Origin: Octopus bimaculoides
Taxonomy: Eukaryota
Reading direction: 5' to 3'
Assembly: GCF_001194135.2 (NCBI RefSeq)
Contig: NC_068992.1
Location: forward strand, 31,022,397-31,086,396
Length of the DNA stretch: 64,000 nucleotides
The notes under the pieces: model-generated
The model's input: only the letters and a program-made list of their open reading frames with translations
The model's database searches: none
What the model was told of the DNA's origin: nothing
Part shown: piece after piece, positions 27,721-40,979 of the stretch
Layout of the letters: each line of letters opens with the position of its first letter
Numbering within the stretch: position 1 is the first letter of the stretch
Made by a program: the position numbers and the translations under genes

Positions 27721-28324
27721 ACATATATATGTACGTATATACATACCTATATAGATAGGTGCATACATAGATATATACATATAGACATATATACATAGAT
27801 TCATACATACACACACATATGTATATAGACATATCAAACTATGCATGTATATATGAATTTGTTTTCGTATGTATGTGTGCATGCATATGAATGAGTGTCC
27901 AGAGGCTGGAACCGAACGTAGAAGAAATAGAGTAATGCAATATTAATAGAAGCACTAGAGAATAATCAATAATTTTAGTAGTAAACTAAATCATTGTTAG
28001 AGTCTTAGTCATCATGTCATAGGGTACACAATTCGGTTCTTGTGACTGAAAAACGCCACAAAGTCTCCAAACGTCAACATAATGATCAACTAATGAGGAA
28101 TGTAATTAATGTACATTCCTAGAAATATATCTATCTTTATGTTGTCAGTATCTTTATGTCTTGCGTAAAATCACAATCAAAACATACGATAATATATTTA
28201 TCGATGCACATATAAAATGAATTGGTCATTCCATGAAAGAATACAGCCATAGCGCTGTTTGATATAACCTGGTGTCAATTTAAGCAACGATTATAATAAC
28301 ATGAATTAATGTTAGAGGTATCAA

Positions 28325-28400
28325 GGAGGTGAACTGGCAGAATCTTTGGTACGGCGTGCAAAGTGTTTTAAAAAATATCATCTGTCTGCACGTTCTCAGT
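28325..28400 (+). mobile_element. degenerate SINE 5' fragment
   Basis: AAGGAGGTGAACTGGCAGAA resembles the head of the 37755 SINE. Confidence 0.4.
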
Positions 28401-29097
28401 GATGGGATGTGGAGAGGTAGGCTATGACGGGATTAAGAAAAGATGATTCCGGTGATCAGCTGAAGGATAAGAAATGAAGGGGAAGTGAAGCTGTAGAAAG
28501 AAAATGGTTAAGTTAAACCTGCCGAGTATTTAATATTTCCTCCATTCGCTATGCGGATCGCTATAGTACGCTTTGGTTACACATTGTGGAGTAACTGATG
28601 GAATGTCATGTTGTTTCTAATGGGTAGTGACCTGATACACATAGTGTTATTTTTCGAATAATCTGCCACATTGAAAAATTGAACGGGCGGCAATTTGAAA
28701 TTTAGAGCGTATGATATGTTATCTATCTTCACATTTTTCTACTCGAAGCATCCTAACTTTATATATCGGGTAGTAACCTTGGTTAAAAAAAAAAGTACTA
28801 GAGTAGTAAGCAAGTTGTTTTACTGCTCTATCGCATTAAATCATGTGTTATTGTGTTCTTGGTGTCTAGATTTAATCCGTCATTAGCAACAATGGTTGAA
28901 CTCTACTCTAAACTTGTGTACAATGATTATATCCACAGAACACAAATCTGTACGAAAGGTACATTTAGTAGTATAGCATATATGTACACACACATACTCA
29001 CACGCGCGCAAGCACACACACATACACAGATAGATAGATGGATGCAAATATTTTTCTGCATACGTATTTGCACAGACGCTAATGTATATACGCGCAT

Positions 29098-29131
<34 letters not shown>

Positions 29132-29132
29132 G

Positions 29133-29196
<64 letters not shown>

Positions 29197-30789
29197 GACA
29201 CACACTCATATATATATATAGACGTATATTTGCGTGTATGTATGTGCGTGTGTATACATTAAGCATACACACACTTGATTTGTCGCCGGGTTTTGTCTGC
29301 TTTCGTTAGTTGTCACATAGTTTCTTTTTTCCTTAAACAACTTCAATCCATATGCTCGATTAATATCATTGGCAACGAAACACAACTAACAGCTCCTCCC
29401 TTTGTAATGTTTCTTTGATATACTAATTTGTGCTAATCAACGAGAACAACGTTATCAGAGATGAGATCTAGGCTGTTTATCAAGCTACAATATTCAATAT
29501 GTAAGTTCAAACGAATTACATTGTTACTAGTGGTAGAATGTCAGTAGAGTCATTAGGTTTATGTAGTAGGTATATACAGGGACATACATTTAATTTGGGC
29601 ACGCACATACATATGAACACATATGTAGATGCTTTCGTAATTGTAGACATTGTATGTGGTTTTCGATATATATATATATATATATATANNNNNNNNNNNN
29701 NNNNNNNNNNNNNNNNNNNNNNNNNNNNNNNNNNNNNNNNNNNNNNNNNNNNNNNNNNNNNNNNNNNNNNNNNNNNNNNNNNNNNNNNNNNNNNNNNNNN
29801 NNNNNNNNNNNNNNNNNNNNNNNNNNNNNNNNNNNNNNNNNNNNNNNNNNNNNNNNNNNNNNNNNNNNNNNNNNNNNNNNNNNNNNNNNNNNNNNNNNNN
29901 NNNNNNNNNNNNNNNNNNNNNNNNNNNNNNNNNNNNNNNNNNNNNNNNNNNNNNNNNATACATTTTTTTCTAAACATATTTTGTCGAAATGATTTCGAAG
30001 TTTCGACCTGCTAAACCATTGCCGGACTACGAAACATTGGAGTTACCTTAGCCTTTATGTAGCCTGAGGTTAAAATCATCTTTGGGTGTGTGAGTTTGAG
30101 TAATGTGGTAATTGGAATTTTATGTTTGGTTGTTATGGGAACGTTTTTGGGAAAAAGATTTGACTGATTAAATTTGGGATAACGTTCAGAGGTTATTTAT
30201 GCATGTATAAATTTGTAAACAACCATGTTATGTTTTTGTTTGTATAGAAATAAACGTGCTTTGATTTTAACAAATGTATTTGAGTAATAACTAATGATTA
30301 TATTTATATATTTCTCTCTTGCTGTTCACTTTTCCATAAGCAAATTGATTCTTATAACGGGATTCTTTCTTTCCTGTTTTGTGGAAGTAGAGATTCTTTG
30401 GCGTTTTTTAATGGAGTAATTTCAAATTCTACTCTACATATATGCTAAGGTGGGACTCATATAAAAGGTGAGTATATATTCATGTATAACAATGGGAACA
30501 AACGTAGAATATATTTTAATCAAAAAGATAAAGGAAACGTCTCTCTAATGTTTTCTTGCATACAATTATAGACCTTATGTGTGTATATAGTTTTGTGAAG
30601 TTACATTACAAAATCTATTTTCGAGTTATCGGTTGGAGCCGCAGATTTTCCTATTTATTCTAGAGCACTTGCTTAGTATTAAAGTGTAAAATAGTAAGGA
30701 TGTTTTATTTTTATCATATAAAGTATATTGTTTATGGTGTAGGTGAGTGGAGGGAGGTTCGTGAGATATTAACAGGTTTAGCCGTTAGA

Positions 30790-31460
30790 AAAGATTATTG
30801 GTTTCAGGTGTTTTGCTTTTGAAGATTTCATCCTTGCATGAAGAAATCCGTTTGGCTTTTGGCTCTGAATTTGGTCGATGAATCTTCGAATGTGGTAATA
30901 TTCATTTGTACAAATTTGGCAGGTTTTTTTTTTTTTTATTACCTGGGCATGATTATGCATGTGAAAATATTTTCTACTGAATACGGAACGTGATTTTAAT
31001 TGCTATTTGTTTTTGGATAGCGAACAATCATTTTTCCTGTTTTCGTTGGCAAAAGTATGCGTATGATGTGTCTATGCTGTCTTGAACTGGTTTGCTGTAT
31101 ATCCCATATATGTAGATATAATAGGTCATTTTTGATACCGTTGCGGAATATTCGATGTGTGTTGAGAGGCAGTTTTCATCTAGAGGGCAGGATAAAGGTG
31201 TTCTATGATTGGAATTGCTATTGTGTATGTGGTTTAGGTTTTTGATTTTTGAGAATTTATGGTCGCTGTAGTTGGCTACAATTTTTTCAGATTTATTGGT
31301 ATGACAGTTTTACTTTGTGATTGTAACACTCGTGTTTGAATACTTGTGGTTGCGGAGGAAGAGTTTGTGTTGTATTTTGAGAAATGATTTAGCGAGTATT
31401 GGGGAGACTTGTATACTGAATGAGAGATTATGCTAGATAAATTCCTTTTCTCTGTTCTTA
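30790..31460 (-). mobile_element. Penelope-like element, C-terminal GIY-YIG endonuclease region, decayed (UTR may extend toward ~29990)
   Basis: Minus translation (frameshifted) KSFLKIQHKLFLRNHKYSN, SCPLDENCLSTHIEYSATV, YIGYTANQFKT, KKTCQICTNEYYHI, KDEIFKSK. This matches the CPLxGxCL..YxATV..YIG.T..FK..CxLC..EK pattern of PLE endonucleases. Confidence 0.7.
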
Positions 31461-31639
31461 CGTATTTTATTTATTGTGGGAGGACTGCTGATCATATTTG
31501 GTTGTTTCAATAGAAATATCACGTTTTTACTTACTTGTTCCTTCAGTCATTGAAAAACTCAATTATGTATACCTTGCATTTAATCTTGATTGTTTTTCTT
31601 TCCCAAAACTATTAGTATAAAACTTTGTACCCACAAACC

Positions 31640-32290
31640 TTATGAAAATGATAACAGCAAAACAATTTTCAGTGATTTTTCTCGTATGTGTACAAACGGG
31701 GTCACCCTGCCGCAGATGCTCTATGGAATATCAAGTGGGCCTTTGGTAATTGTTTTTTTCTTTTACATCAGAAATGATCATAGACGGTTCCAAAGCTCAC
31801 GTTCACGAGATGATAGCCTTGAAAATAAACCAAGTGGTAGGCCAACATCAATTATTCGGTATGATGTAGTAAATGCTCTGGTTGAATAAAATCCGAGAAC
31901 AAAGATTCAAAAATGTTCATCAGAACTCCAGATATCTCGTACAACTGCTTTTGCACATCTGTAAAAAATTGGAAAACTCAAGAAAATGGTTAGGTTTGTT
32001 CCACATAAACTGAACAAGATTTCCCCCACCACCACCACAAAAAAAAAAAAGAAAAAGACAGACACCTCGAAATGTGCTTCTTATTGCTTTCACGACTGGA
32101 AAAAGACCATTTTTGCATCAAATCATTATATAGGATGAGAGTTGCATATTCTTTGACAACACCAGGAGAACAGGACAGTGATTAGATGAGGATGGGTCAG
32201 CTAAACACTACTTGAACCCACCATTGCACCCTAAAAAAGTTTGTCGTCTCTGCATGGTGGTCTGCGAAGGGAGTTATTCATTATTCATTT
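31640..32290 (+). mobile_element. mariner transposase 5' half, decayed, 3' part lost
   Basis: RRFQSSRSRDDSLENKPSGRPTSI (HTH region), KMVRFVPHKLN, FLHQII..DE..FDN, PPLHPKK and WWSAKGVIHYSF. The sequence breaks abruptly at ~32290. Confidence 0.75.
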
Positions 32291-34254
32291 TGCAGCTCAG
32301 ACATCTTTGAGTCACTTGCTCGTGCAGGTCTCCCGTTGTAGGAAGCTGCTGCAGGCAGCCATCATGTGTGAATTGAACCGGCTTTGATGCCTAATTTCCA
32401 TCTCAGATGTGTTCTGGTGGAACTGTTCCACCATGCACATCAATAAAAGCACCAAATTTTATTGGAAAAACATCGAGATGAGAATGCAAGATGTGCATTT
32501 TAAGAGTCATTCGGCATCCCATTTTTTCATACGTTGTCAGCACGTTTTTCATTAAGTCAGCATAATTTTCAGCTCCAAGGAAGTTCTGTACACCCAGCAC
32601 GAATGCATGTCATGTCGTCAGCTCAACTGGATTCAGTTCACATGTGAATCAGATATCAATTCTCTGATCTCGGGTCTAATGAAAATGTCTGTTTTCAGTT
32701 TTGCGTCAATTTTCTCTGCACCAAACTTTAATTTGAAGTACTGGAAGTCACAACCATCAGGTGTCATTGCATTTACGAAGTTTTTCGTGAGGCCGAGTTT
32801 GATGTGAAGGTGTGGAAGGTAGATCTTTTGCTGGTCTACCAGTGGCATGTGCTTCACATTGTACCGATCAACTATGCGCTCATCTCTATTAGGCCAGTCT
32901 TTTACAGTGTAACGATTGCTGTTGTCGCGGCTATTTCAGACACACAAGAAACATATTTTTGGTATATTCCAGCCGCAGTACAAAGAGGAAGTCGCCTTTA
33001 CATCACCACAAGTATTTTACTTATGGACTGAGTAATTAGCTCCTTTCAGAATCATAAGTTTCTTCCATACCGAGAACACGACCCACAGGAATGGTAGTTT
33101 TTTCCTTACCATTATGTAACAACACATATTTGAGGCTAGTCTATAAACAATTTCCATTCGCTAACCATGTGTGCTAGTTTTTACATGAGTGAATTAACAT
33201 CAGTACACGAACAAGCACTATTTTCTTGCTTGAAAATGACAGATAAGACTTCATAGCGAGAACAGAAAATGGAAATTTTCGTACTTTGCTGTTGGAGACT
33301 CTGTTGCTGTACTTTGGATCTCAAAACTTTTGCCTTCTCCTTTGACAATGCTAGGGTTCTTACTAAATCGTTCACATCTTGATTAAACAAGTGCGGCTCA
33401 TTTTTCTTAGAATTACATACTCGTCAACGATAGAAGAATCAAGGGCCATATTGTGTGAGATGTCAAGGACTTCAAGTGAATCATGTGAGAGGGGAAATTG
33501 GACAGGTTTATCGAAGTCACGTGGGACTGGTTTTTGAGCAGAATTACAATCTCCATAAACAATTTTTGCTTTGATTTTCTTTGGGAATCCATTAACATTA
33601 GTCATGCAAAAGTAACAATCAAAGACATGATTGGTTGGCTCATACCATACCACTGCTACGGCAAAAGGCATTCCCTTCCGTTTTCCATTGACCACTGTGT
33701 AAGCCCTGAGTAATACACGGTGCAGCATATATGAAGTGCCCATCTCTTGTCTTGGTTCCCTGCTTTACACCCGAAATAATTTTTATAGGCAGTTTTTAAT
33801 CTGGCGGCAATACTCATTCGCTGATCATGCAGATGGGTGGTTCACACAGGTTCTCCTATTCATGATCTAACACAATGAACATAGTTAATACAGGAATCAC
33901 GAAGAGCGAGGGATACACATACCACACGTGACGGAAGCGCAAACGACACAGAGTTACTAAGAACAAACTGACGTATTTGGCGCTGGAAATCAATACGTCA
34001 GCGAGATATATTGCTAAATTAATTCGTTTTATTGGTGTTATTTCTTTTATTTCGAATGAAGACCTATTTCATTTTAGTAAAATTTCTAATACGACCTATA
34101 TCTAGCCGAAAGTATAGTTATAATCTTGTGCGTGCGCTTATCTCAAAATCGTGATGTGCTAGAACAATTCTGAGTGCGGATTCGGAATCAGCATCCTCGA
34201 TTTAGTCTAAAACGCATGCTTTTCGCCCAGTAGCAAAAACTTTGTTTTGCAGTA
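32290..34254 (-). mobile_element. Chapaev3-like (CMC) DNA transposon, decayed transposase, one terminus retained
   Basis: Minus ORFs give MPFAVAVVWYEPTNHVFDCYFC, YLPHLHIKLGLTKNFVNAM, KLKTDIFIRPEIREL and MGCRMTLKMHILHSHLDVFP..FGAFIDVHG. The right end reads (C)ACTGCAAAAC on the minus strand at ~34254. Superfamily assignment is from recalled motifs. Confidence 0.7.
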
Positions 34255-34446
34255 TAATTGAACTAAATGTTAGTTCGACATGTATACAAAGTTTGGTGAA
34301 GTTCAGTTTCCTGGTTTGGCATCAAAATGGTAACAGACAGATGGATAGATACACACACATAAATTTTCATTTATATATAATATATATATATAATGTATAT
34401 ATATATATATATATATATATATNNNNNNNNNNNNNNNNNNNNNNNN

Positions 34447-34481
<35 letters not shown>

Positions 34482-34776
34482 TGTATATGTATATTCGTTA
34501 TCCTTCTTGTATGGTTTATAGATTGTTGATTGTAGGTCAAGGGTAACATTTAAGAAGTTGTTTCTATTGTGATTGAGAATCCGAGATTTTTTAAGAAGGA
34601 ATGTCGATCCCGCTTAAACCTAACAGGTGTTTGTGGTTTGTATTTTCTTAGTCGTATTTTGTTACTCATTTCTATACAGCAACCTGTGATAAATGGAAAT
34701 TTGTTGTGTAATATTATAATAAGTCAAAACCCACGATGTCGCTAATATCTATGGAGTCCTTTGATCCCTTACTTAC

Positions 34777-34953
34777 ATCAAATGTTTCTTCGGTGGTTTT
34801 CTTAGTCCAGAAAACATTTCTGTGAGGGAGGAGCGATTTTCGTGGTGTCTGTACCTTTTCGGTGTCATTTATTATGGTTATGGATTTAACGAAGTTCAAA
34901 GCAGCTATAATGATAGGTTTGTTATTGACGCACATGGGATAGAACTATTATAT
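34777..34953 (-). pseudogene. putative decayed exon, cadherin-repeat-like
   Basis: Acceptor TTTTTATTTTTCTGAATAG| and donor GAT|GTAAGT bound a 177-bp segment. Translation VNNKPIIIAALNFVKSITIINDTEKVQT is similar to the D-x-N-x-x-P-x-F..S-I-x-E linker. Confidence 0.4.
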
Positions 34954-36469
34954 CTATTCAGAAAAATAAAAATACTTTCTTCATAGAAAAGGCTAAGTCT
35001 AGTTGCCTGTTTAGTAGCTCGTAACAATGTCATCATACAACATACCTGTGCATGAAAGTATGTATATCTTTATGCACAAAAGCATTATATCATAAAGATT
35101 TATAAATAGGATTCGCATTTCCAAAGTAAGAAGCTCTATCTCATAGCGTGACTTCTTCGATAAAAAGAACTTATGGGATCAATGCCTTATGAGGAAAACA
35201 GGGACGATGGAAATTATGTGGAATGATTTCCGTTTGATTTTGTAAGTATTTTTACCCTTGTGAATTAAATTTTCCTTCACACGTGTTTGCGGAATTCTCA
35301 GCATTTTGCACGTACATTAAAAAAAAAAAAATACCCACCCACTCATGCACGTATATATGCTTGCCTATCAGTATGCGTNNNNNNNNNNNNNNNNNNNNNN
35401 NNNNNNNNNNNNNNNNNNNNNNNNNNNNNNNNNNNNNNNNNNNNNNNNNNNNNNNNNNNNNNNNNNNNNNNNNNNNNNNNNNNNNNNNNNNNNNNNNNNN
35501 NNNNNNNNNNNNNNNNNNNNNNNNNNNNNNNNNNNNNNNNNNNNNNNNNNNNNNNNNNNNNNNNNNNNNNNNNNNNNNNNNNNNNNNNNNNNNNNNNNNN
35601 NNNNNNNNNNNNNNNNNNNNNNNNNNNNNNNNNNNNNNNNNNNNNNNNNNNNNNNNNNNNNNNNNNNNNNNNNNNNNNNNNNNNNNNNNNNNNNNNNNNN
35701 NNNNNNNNNNNNNNNNNNNNNNNNNNNNNNNNNNNNNNNNNNNNNNNNNNNNNNNNNNNNNNNNNNNNNNNNNNNNNNNNNNNNNNNNNNNNNNNNNNNN
35801 NNNNNNNNNNNNNNNNNNNNNNNNNNNNNNNNNNNNNNNNNNNNNNNNNNNNNNNATATATAAGCATCCTTATAGGTGGATAAGTTGATTGATATATATT
35901 GAAGCGTATGTACGTACCATGATTCAATGATAAATGAAAATATGCAAATCAATTTATTGTCTAACACAGTATATGTAAATCAGATTTACGAGAAATGTTT
36001 GCTTGTAAATATAAAGCTGTATATAATAACGAACTGAGTCCTAATGAAGCAATGCAAAATATTTAGGAAAGAATTCTTTATAACTAATGTGCTTGAATTT
36101 TAAACGTGTAGATGTGTATATTGTGCATATATATTCATTAGGGGTGATTAACTGTATACGTATCTGCGTTATCGGTTAAGAGACGATAGAGCTAAAAGAA
36201 GTTTATTCAAGCAATATTTAATTGAAACGTGTATTTTTCTCTCTTTCGACACGTACTTTCTTCCCTGCAGTTATAAGAACCAATAGTTGCATAAGCATAC
36301 ACCCATTCATGAACACAGAGACGGACAGACACACACACATCCAAACACAGATACACATATTCGTACAAACATACTTACATACATATAACATATGGGCGTG
36401 TATGTATATATACAAATATTATATACTTATATATATACATGCATTTACATATATGAAAAAGTTTATATA

Positions 36470-36541
36470 GTCTATCTGTCTATCTATCTATCCGTCCATC
36501 CATCCATCTATCTATCTATTTCTATATCTATCTATCTATCC

Positions 36542-36572
<31 letters not shown>

Positions 36573-36597
36573 CATCTATCTCTCGATATATCTATTT
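36470..36597. repeat. (TCTA/TCCA)n microsatellite
   Basis: Directly visible. Confidence 0.9.
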
Positions 36598-36659
36598 CTG
36601 AAAAGAATCAGAAAAAAGTGAAGAAAGGATAAAAGAAGTAAGAAAAGGAGGTTTATATT

Positions 36660-36899
36660 ATTTACATTAGTTACAATTGACGATATTTGTCCTCATCTTG
36701 TTTGTTGTTAACACAACATTTCGTGTGATATACACTCCAGCCTTCATCAGGTGTCTTGGGGAAATTTCGAACCTGGATTCTCATTCCTAAGGTATTTTTC
36801 GATGTTATTATTATTATCGTTATTCAGGTCACTTCCCGGAATCGAACTCAGACTCTTGGGGTTAGTAGCCCACGCTCTTAACCACTACGCCATATGCCC
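36660..36899 (-). mobile_element. tRNA-derived SINE with (TAA)n spacer and Penelope-type hammerhead tail
   Basis: Head GGCGTAGTGGTTAAGAGCGTGGGCTACTAACCCCAAGAGTCTGAGTTCGATTCC (A box, anticodon-like arm, B box), then (ATA)n, then GACAC-CTGATGA-A-GGCTG..-GAAA-TGTT-GTGTT. Confidence 0.8.
36710..36755 (-). ncRNA. minimal type I hammerhead ribozyme motif (degenerate in this copy)
   Basis: Stem I GACAC/GUGUU, core CUGAUGA plus extra A, GAAA, 2-bp stem III and GUU cleavage triplet. Stem II is imperfect (GGCUG opposite CACAC). Confidence 0.6.
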
Positions 36900-37754
36900 T
36901 TAAGCATATATATGTTTTAATCATCGAAAGTAAGATCCCTATAAATGTATATGTTTACATTTATGTGCCTTGATAACAACATTGGAGCAATTTAGCTCAT
37001 ATTTCAAGTATTGTAGCTGTTTCTAACAACCTAGTCACACTAATATATATANNNNNNNNNNNNNNNNNNNNNNNNNNNNNNNNNNNNNNNNNNNNNNNNN
37101 NNNNNNNNNNNNNNNNNNNNNNNNNNNNNNNNNNNNNNNNNNNNNNNNNNNNNNNNNNNNNNNNNNNTATATATATATATATATATGCAGGGGAGGTCAG
37201 CCGTTTCCACTTGCTGGTCTGGCATCTACAGACTAGTTTACAGGTATTGCCTCTTATCGCGTGTCACATAGCTAGCTAGAGGCGATGGCCTCTTGAAGCG
37301 AATCAACGGCAGCATTCGTCCTATTTTGGGGACTGCCATGTTTAATATACTTATTAAACATGGTTATCCATGTTTTCATGGTTATCCCCTCACGTAAGTA
37401 CGCACTAACCTCCATACCTGCCAACACAAAATGAACTATGAATTTTATACTTCCGTTTTTTTTCTTCCATTTTCTGTTTCATTCTTATAGATACTGCGAA
37501 TTCTCTTCTTGAACTTTCGTCATACACTCATTGTCTCTCATGAAGGAATGCCCAGTGTATGGATGTGCTGACCTAGGAAATATTTTGCATGATTGCGAGG
37601 AGAATGGATGGCATCTATGACTTTACCCCGTCGAGGTTGGCTCTGCTGATATCTATCTAACCATCTATCTATATTAATAATGCATACACAATCACACATT
37701 TTCTAGCACACTCATTCACAAGCGTACATACATGTGTTGATATTAATCATGGTA

Positions 37755-37919
37755 TAAGGAGGTGAGCTGGCAAAAAACGTTAGCACGCCGGGCAAAATGC
37801 TTAGCGGTATTTCATCCTGTCGAGGTTTATAAATTAAGTACCAGTTACGTACTAGTTTCAATCTAATCGTCTGGCCCTCTACTCGAATATGTCGGGCCTT
37901 GTGCATATAAAAGAAAAGA
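37755..37919 (+). mobile_element. internally deleted SINE with 15-bp target-site duplication
   Basis: TSD ATATTAATCATGGTA at 37740-37754 and 37920-37934. Body GGAGGTGAGCTGGCAAAAAACGTTAGCACGCCGGGCAAAATGCTTAGCGG..ATAAATTAAGTACCAG. Confidence 0.85.
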
Positions 37920-39019
37920 ATATTAATCATGGTACGATTAATGAAAATTGTTACCAAAACCAAATGCCATGTTAACGGATCAAAAAACGTTGAATATGTT
38001 CTCTCGAATAACTCTACGTCCTATGCAGCTTAGCCACCAATTAATACATAAATTCTAAGAACAAGATATTTTTCAATGGTCGCATTTTAAAAATGCATTA
38101 CGGCGGTGGTTAAAGATAGGCCACCGGACACATCTTAAACTAAACCCATTTTGTTGTAACGTTGGATATCTTCCTTTTGATTTTTTTTTCTCTCTTCATT
38201 TCTTTCTTACGTTTTCTATGTGTGCGCTCCCATTAAATCATCAAATGTTTCGAATGTAGGCCACGAAGTGTTTTGTTCTTCTTATCAGCGTTAAAAATGG
38301 CATAATAAATAAATATTTCGACTAGGAAATCCTCGGTACCTCTATTTCACAAGAATTGTTGTTCTCATTATAATAGCTTTTCTCCTTTAGCAGAGTGAGT
38401 GTAATTCTACTTGTTGAAGACTTACTACACAATATATGAAGAAATATATACACATATACATAGATACATACACACATATAAAGACAGAGCGAATATGTAT
38501 ATATACGCACGGACAAAATTTTCTTTTCTATTTGCTTATAGTTATGTGACTATGCATGCACGCGTGTGTGTATGTGAGTTACGTATACATGACACTGTTT
38601 CATTTCGTCCCAGGAGATTTAACTAGATAAATACAAAACACATTCAGATAGTTAAAACCTTTATTTATCGCTGGAAGCGATAATTTACAGAAATCAATAC
38701 TTAGATCTAGAATATTCCTTAATACCATAAAAATGAAAGACTCCAGCATTTTGAATTTCGTGTTTCTGATAATTCAACTCATAATACGAGCTTACTGTTT
38801 TGCCTGCTTGCTATTTGAATACGCCAGACTGAGTAAAAAGCAAGCAACGTTTTAAACCATGAAGAATGTGTAAGGAGTTTTTGCAATTTTACCTTTTTTT
38901 TAAAGAACATTTTTGCAATTGTCTAATAATACAGGCATAGACATGCCCAAATGCATCAATAAATTAACATTGATATTTTTTTCACCGTTGTTTCAATCAT
39001 CTCGTTACAATCGTCTTGC

Positions 39020-40875
39020 TTCAGTTGTGGGTCGTAGTTTCTCTGACGTGAGTTTGAATTATTACATACTGTTATTGTTACACACTGTTATTATATGTTT
39101 TAGTAGGTCAACCCGCGCGGGAGAACCATGATTCGTTGAACTGTTTAAATTGTTGAATTGTTAAATTGTTGCTTCGTTTTGCCTGTTTTTTTCTTTTTGA
39201 AAATTGTTTCTTCCCTATTATGGGGGAACGAAGTGAAAAGATGAGAAATGGAATGTATCGCAAGTTATGCATCCACAACTACAAAAGGTATTACGACCAA
39301 TATCCTTGAAGTTCTCCCGATAAAAATAGAGACAAAGGAATGGGGAAAAGGAAACAAATTGTTACAAAAGGAAGTGGCCAGTTGAAAGCTAACCCCACCA
39401 GAAGAAGTGACGAAGAATGTAGCAAGGAAGACAATTATGTACAGGACGTTATCAACCGCTACCGATTAAATAGAAATTGCTCCAATAGAGGCAATAGAGG
39501 AATGTCTAGGTGAAGTGAGAAGATTATCCACCTACTATACACGAGGAAGGAAATATGGAACAGTGGAGGTTAGGTTCTCCAGTGATGAGGATGCTAATAA
39601 CAATTCCACTGAGCCAATAAGGACACAAGAGTGGGTGCTGCTACCGATGTACTGTGGCAAAAGTGTTGCCAGAGTGAGAGTCGGCAGAGTGCCTCTCGAG
39701 ATCGAGGAGGCATGGCTGGTGGCAGCATTCATGCACGGATTGGAGGAAGATGCAAGGATTCTGAAGTTAACCAGAATGAAGGAAGTTAATTGTTGGGGCT
39801 ACGGCTTAGAAATCACAATTCAAGTTGGGTTAAAAAACCTACTTGGAATTGTAGAAGAGATTTGTCTACCAGAAGAGTAGTGGAGGAGGGAAGACCCCCA
39901 ATATGTTTTCTATGTAAAGGACACATGAAAGCAAAGTGCCTTCAGCTTGAAGATGAAGTAGAGGAACAACAACGCGAAGAGCAGCCCACCGAAGTAGAGA
40001 AATCTGAAATAATGGAAAATAAAGAAGAGACATTTAAAGTTGTAAAAAAGCGAAAGAGAATGAAGCGGGTAAGCTCTCCGTCAGAGAACCAAACACGAAA
40101 GAAGTAAGTAGAAGAGAAAATTGAGAGGTACAAAGGAACTGGTCAGATATACTAGCAGAAGTATTGCAGAATAGAGGGGAAGATATAATCGTGGACGATT
40201 GTGAGTATGTACAGACGGAGGAACCAAGGAAAACGATTAGTCCGGACAGTTCAGGACTGGAGCGTAAACAAGTAAATACTAATAAGAAAATATGACATGT
40301 GGTAACATACGTGAAAAGTACTGAAAATAACGATATCTAACGGTGCCATAAGGATTACATTACCAGATAAACGTTACCCAGAACAAATAAAGGGAGTGGT
40401 GATCGACAAGGAAAGGTATAAAAAGTTGAAAGAACTATTTGGAGATAAAGGGAAACCTTTGGGGGAAGAAATTGAACTTGAAGAACTACCATAAGTAGTT
40501 ACATATGAGGAGTTAATACCTCTAATGATTGGTAAAAGAAGACTATTTTAAAAGAGGAAAGAAAAATGAAATGCACTTAACAAAGGTGGAAAAGAAATAG
40601 GTGTAAATACGAGGAAATAGACTAAAAACAAAAGCGGAAAAAAGATGCAAAATTGAAAACAGAAAACTTTCATACATTGTATAAACTAACAGTAAAATGG
40701 TACTGCTTGAGAAGTGGGGCTCAATGCAACCATTTCATTATCATCGATCCCATTATATATTTTTTCATTTTCATTCGTTTTATGTTTTTGTCCCCACCGT
40801 AGTGTCCTGTCTGTCCTTGTGCTCTCCCCTCTGTGTAAGAGCCGGAATGATTAAACAAAGAAATAGGGTACAGTC
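39020..40875 (+). mobile_element. L1/Tx1-like element copy A: decayed ORF1 (RRM-like plus zinc knuckle) and T-rich 3' end, no ORF2 seen
   Basis: ORFs 39515..39880 (RGRKYGTVEVRF..LLPMYCGK..RVRVGRVP) and 39790..40107 (EGRPPICFLCKGHMKAKC). TTG-rich 5' UTR shared with copy B. Confidence 0.72.
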
Positions 40876-40908
40876 ATCTGAAATGGAACTGTAAAAAAGC
40901 GCGATATT

Positions 40909-40940
40909 CGAGCAATTTTGCTATTCAGCAAAATTGCTCG
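40909..40940. repeat. perfect 14-bp hairpin
   Basis: CGAGCAATTTTGCT-ATTC-AGCAAAATTGCTCG. Confidence 0.9.
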
Positions 40941-40979
40941 TGACATTAGCGAAACGTCCGCGTCGAACGTACTTGGGTC

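Noticed and set aside
36826-36897. tRNA gene (ACT anticodon-like loop)
   Set aside because: No proper acceptor stem or terminator. It continues directly into a SINE body, so it is a SINE head.
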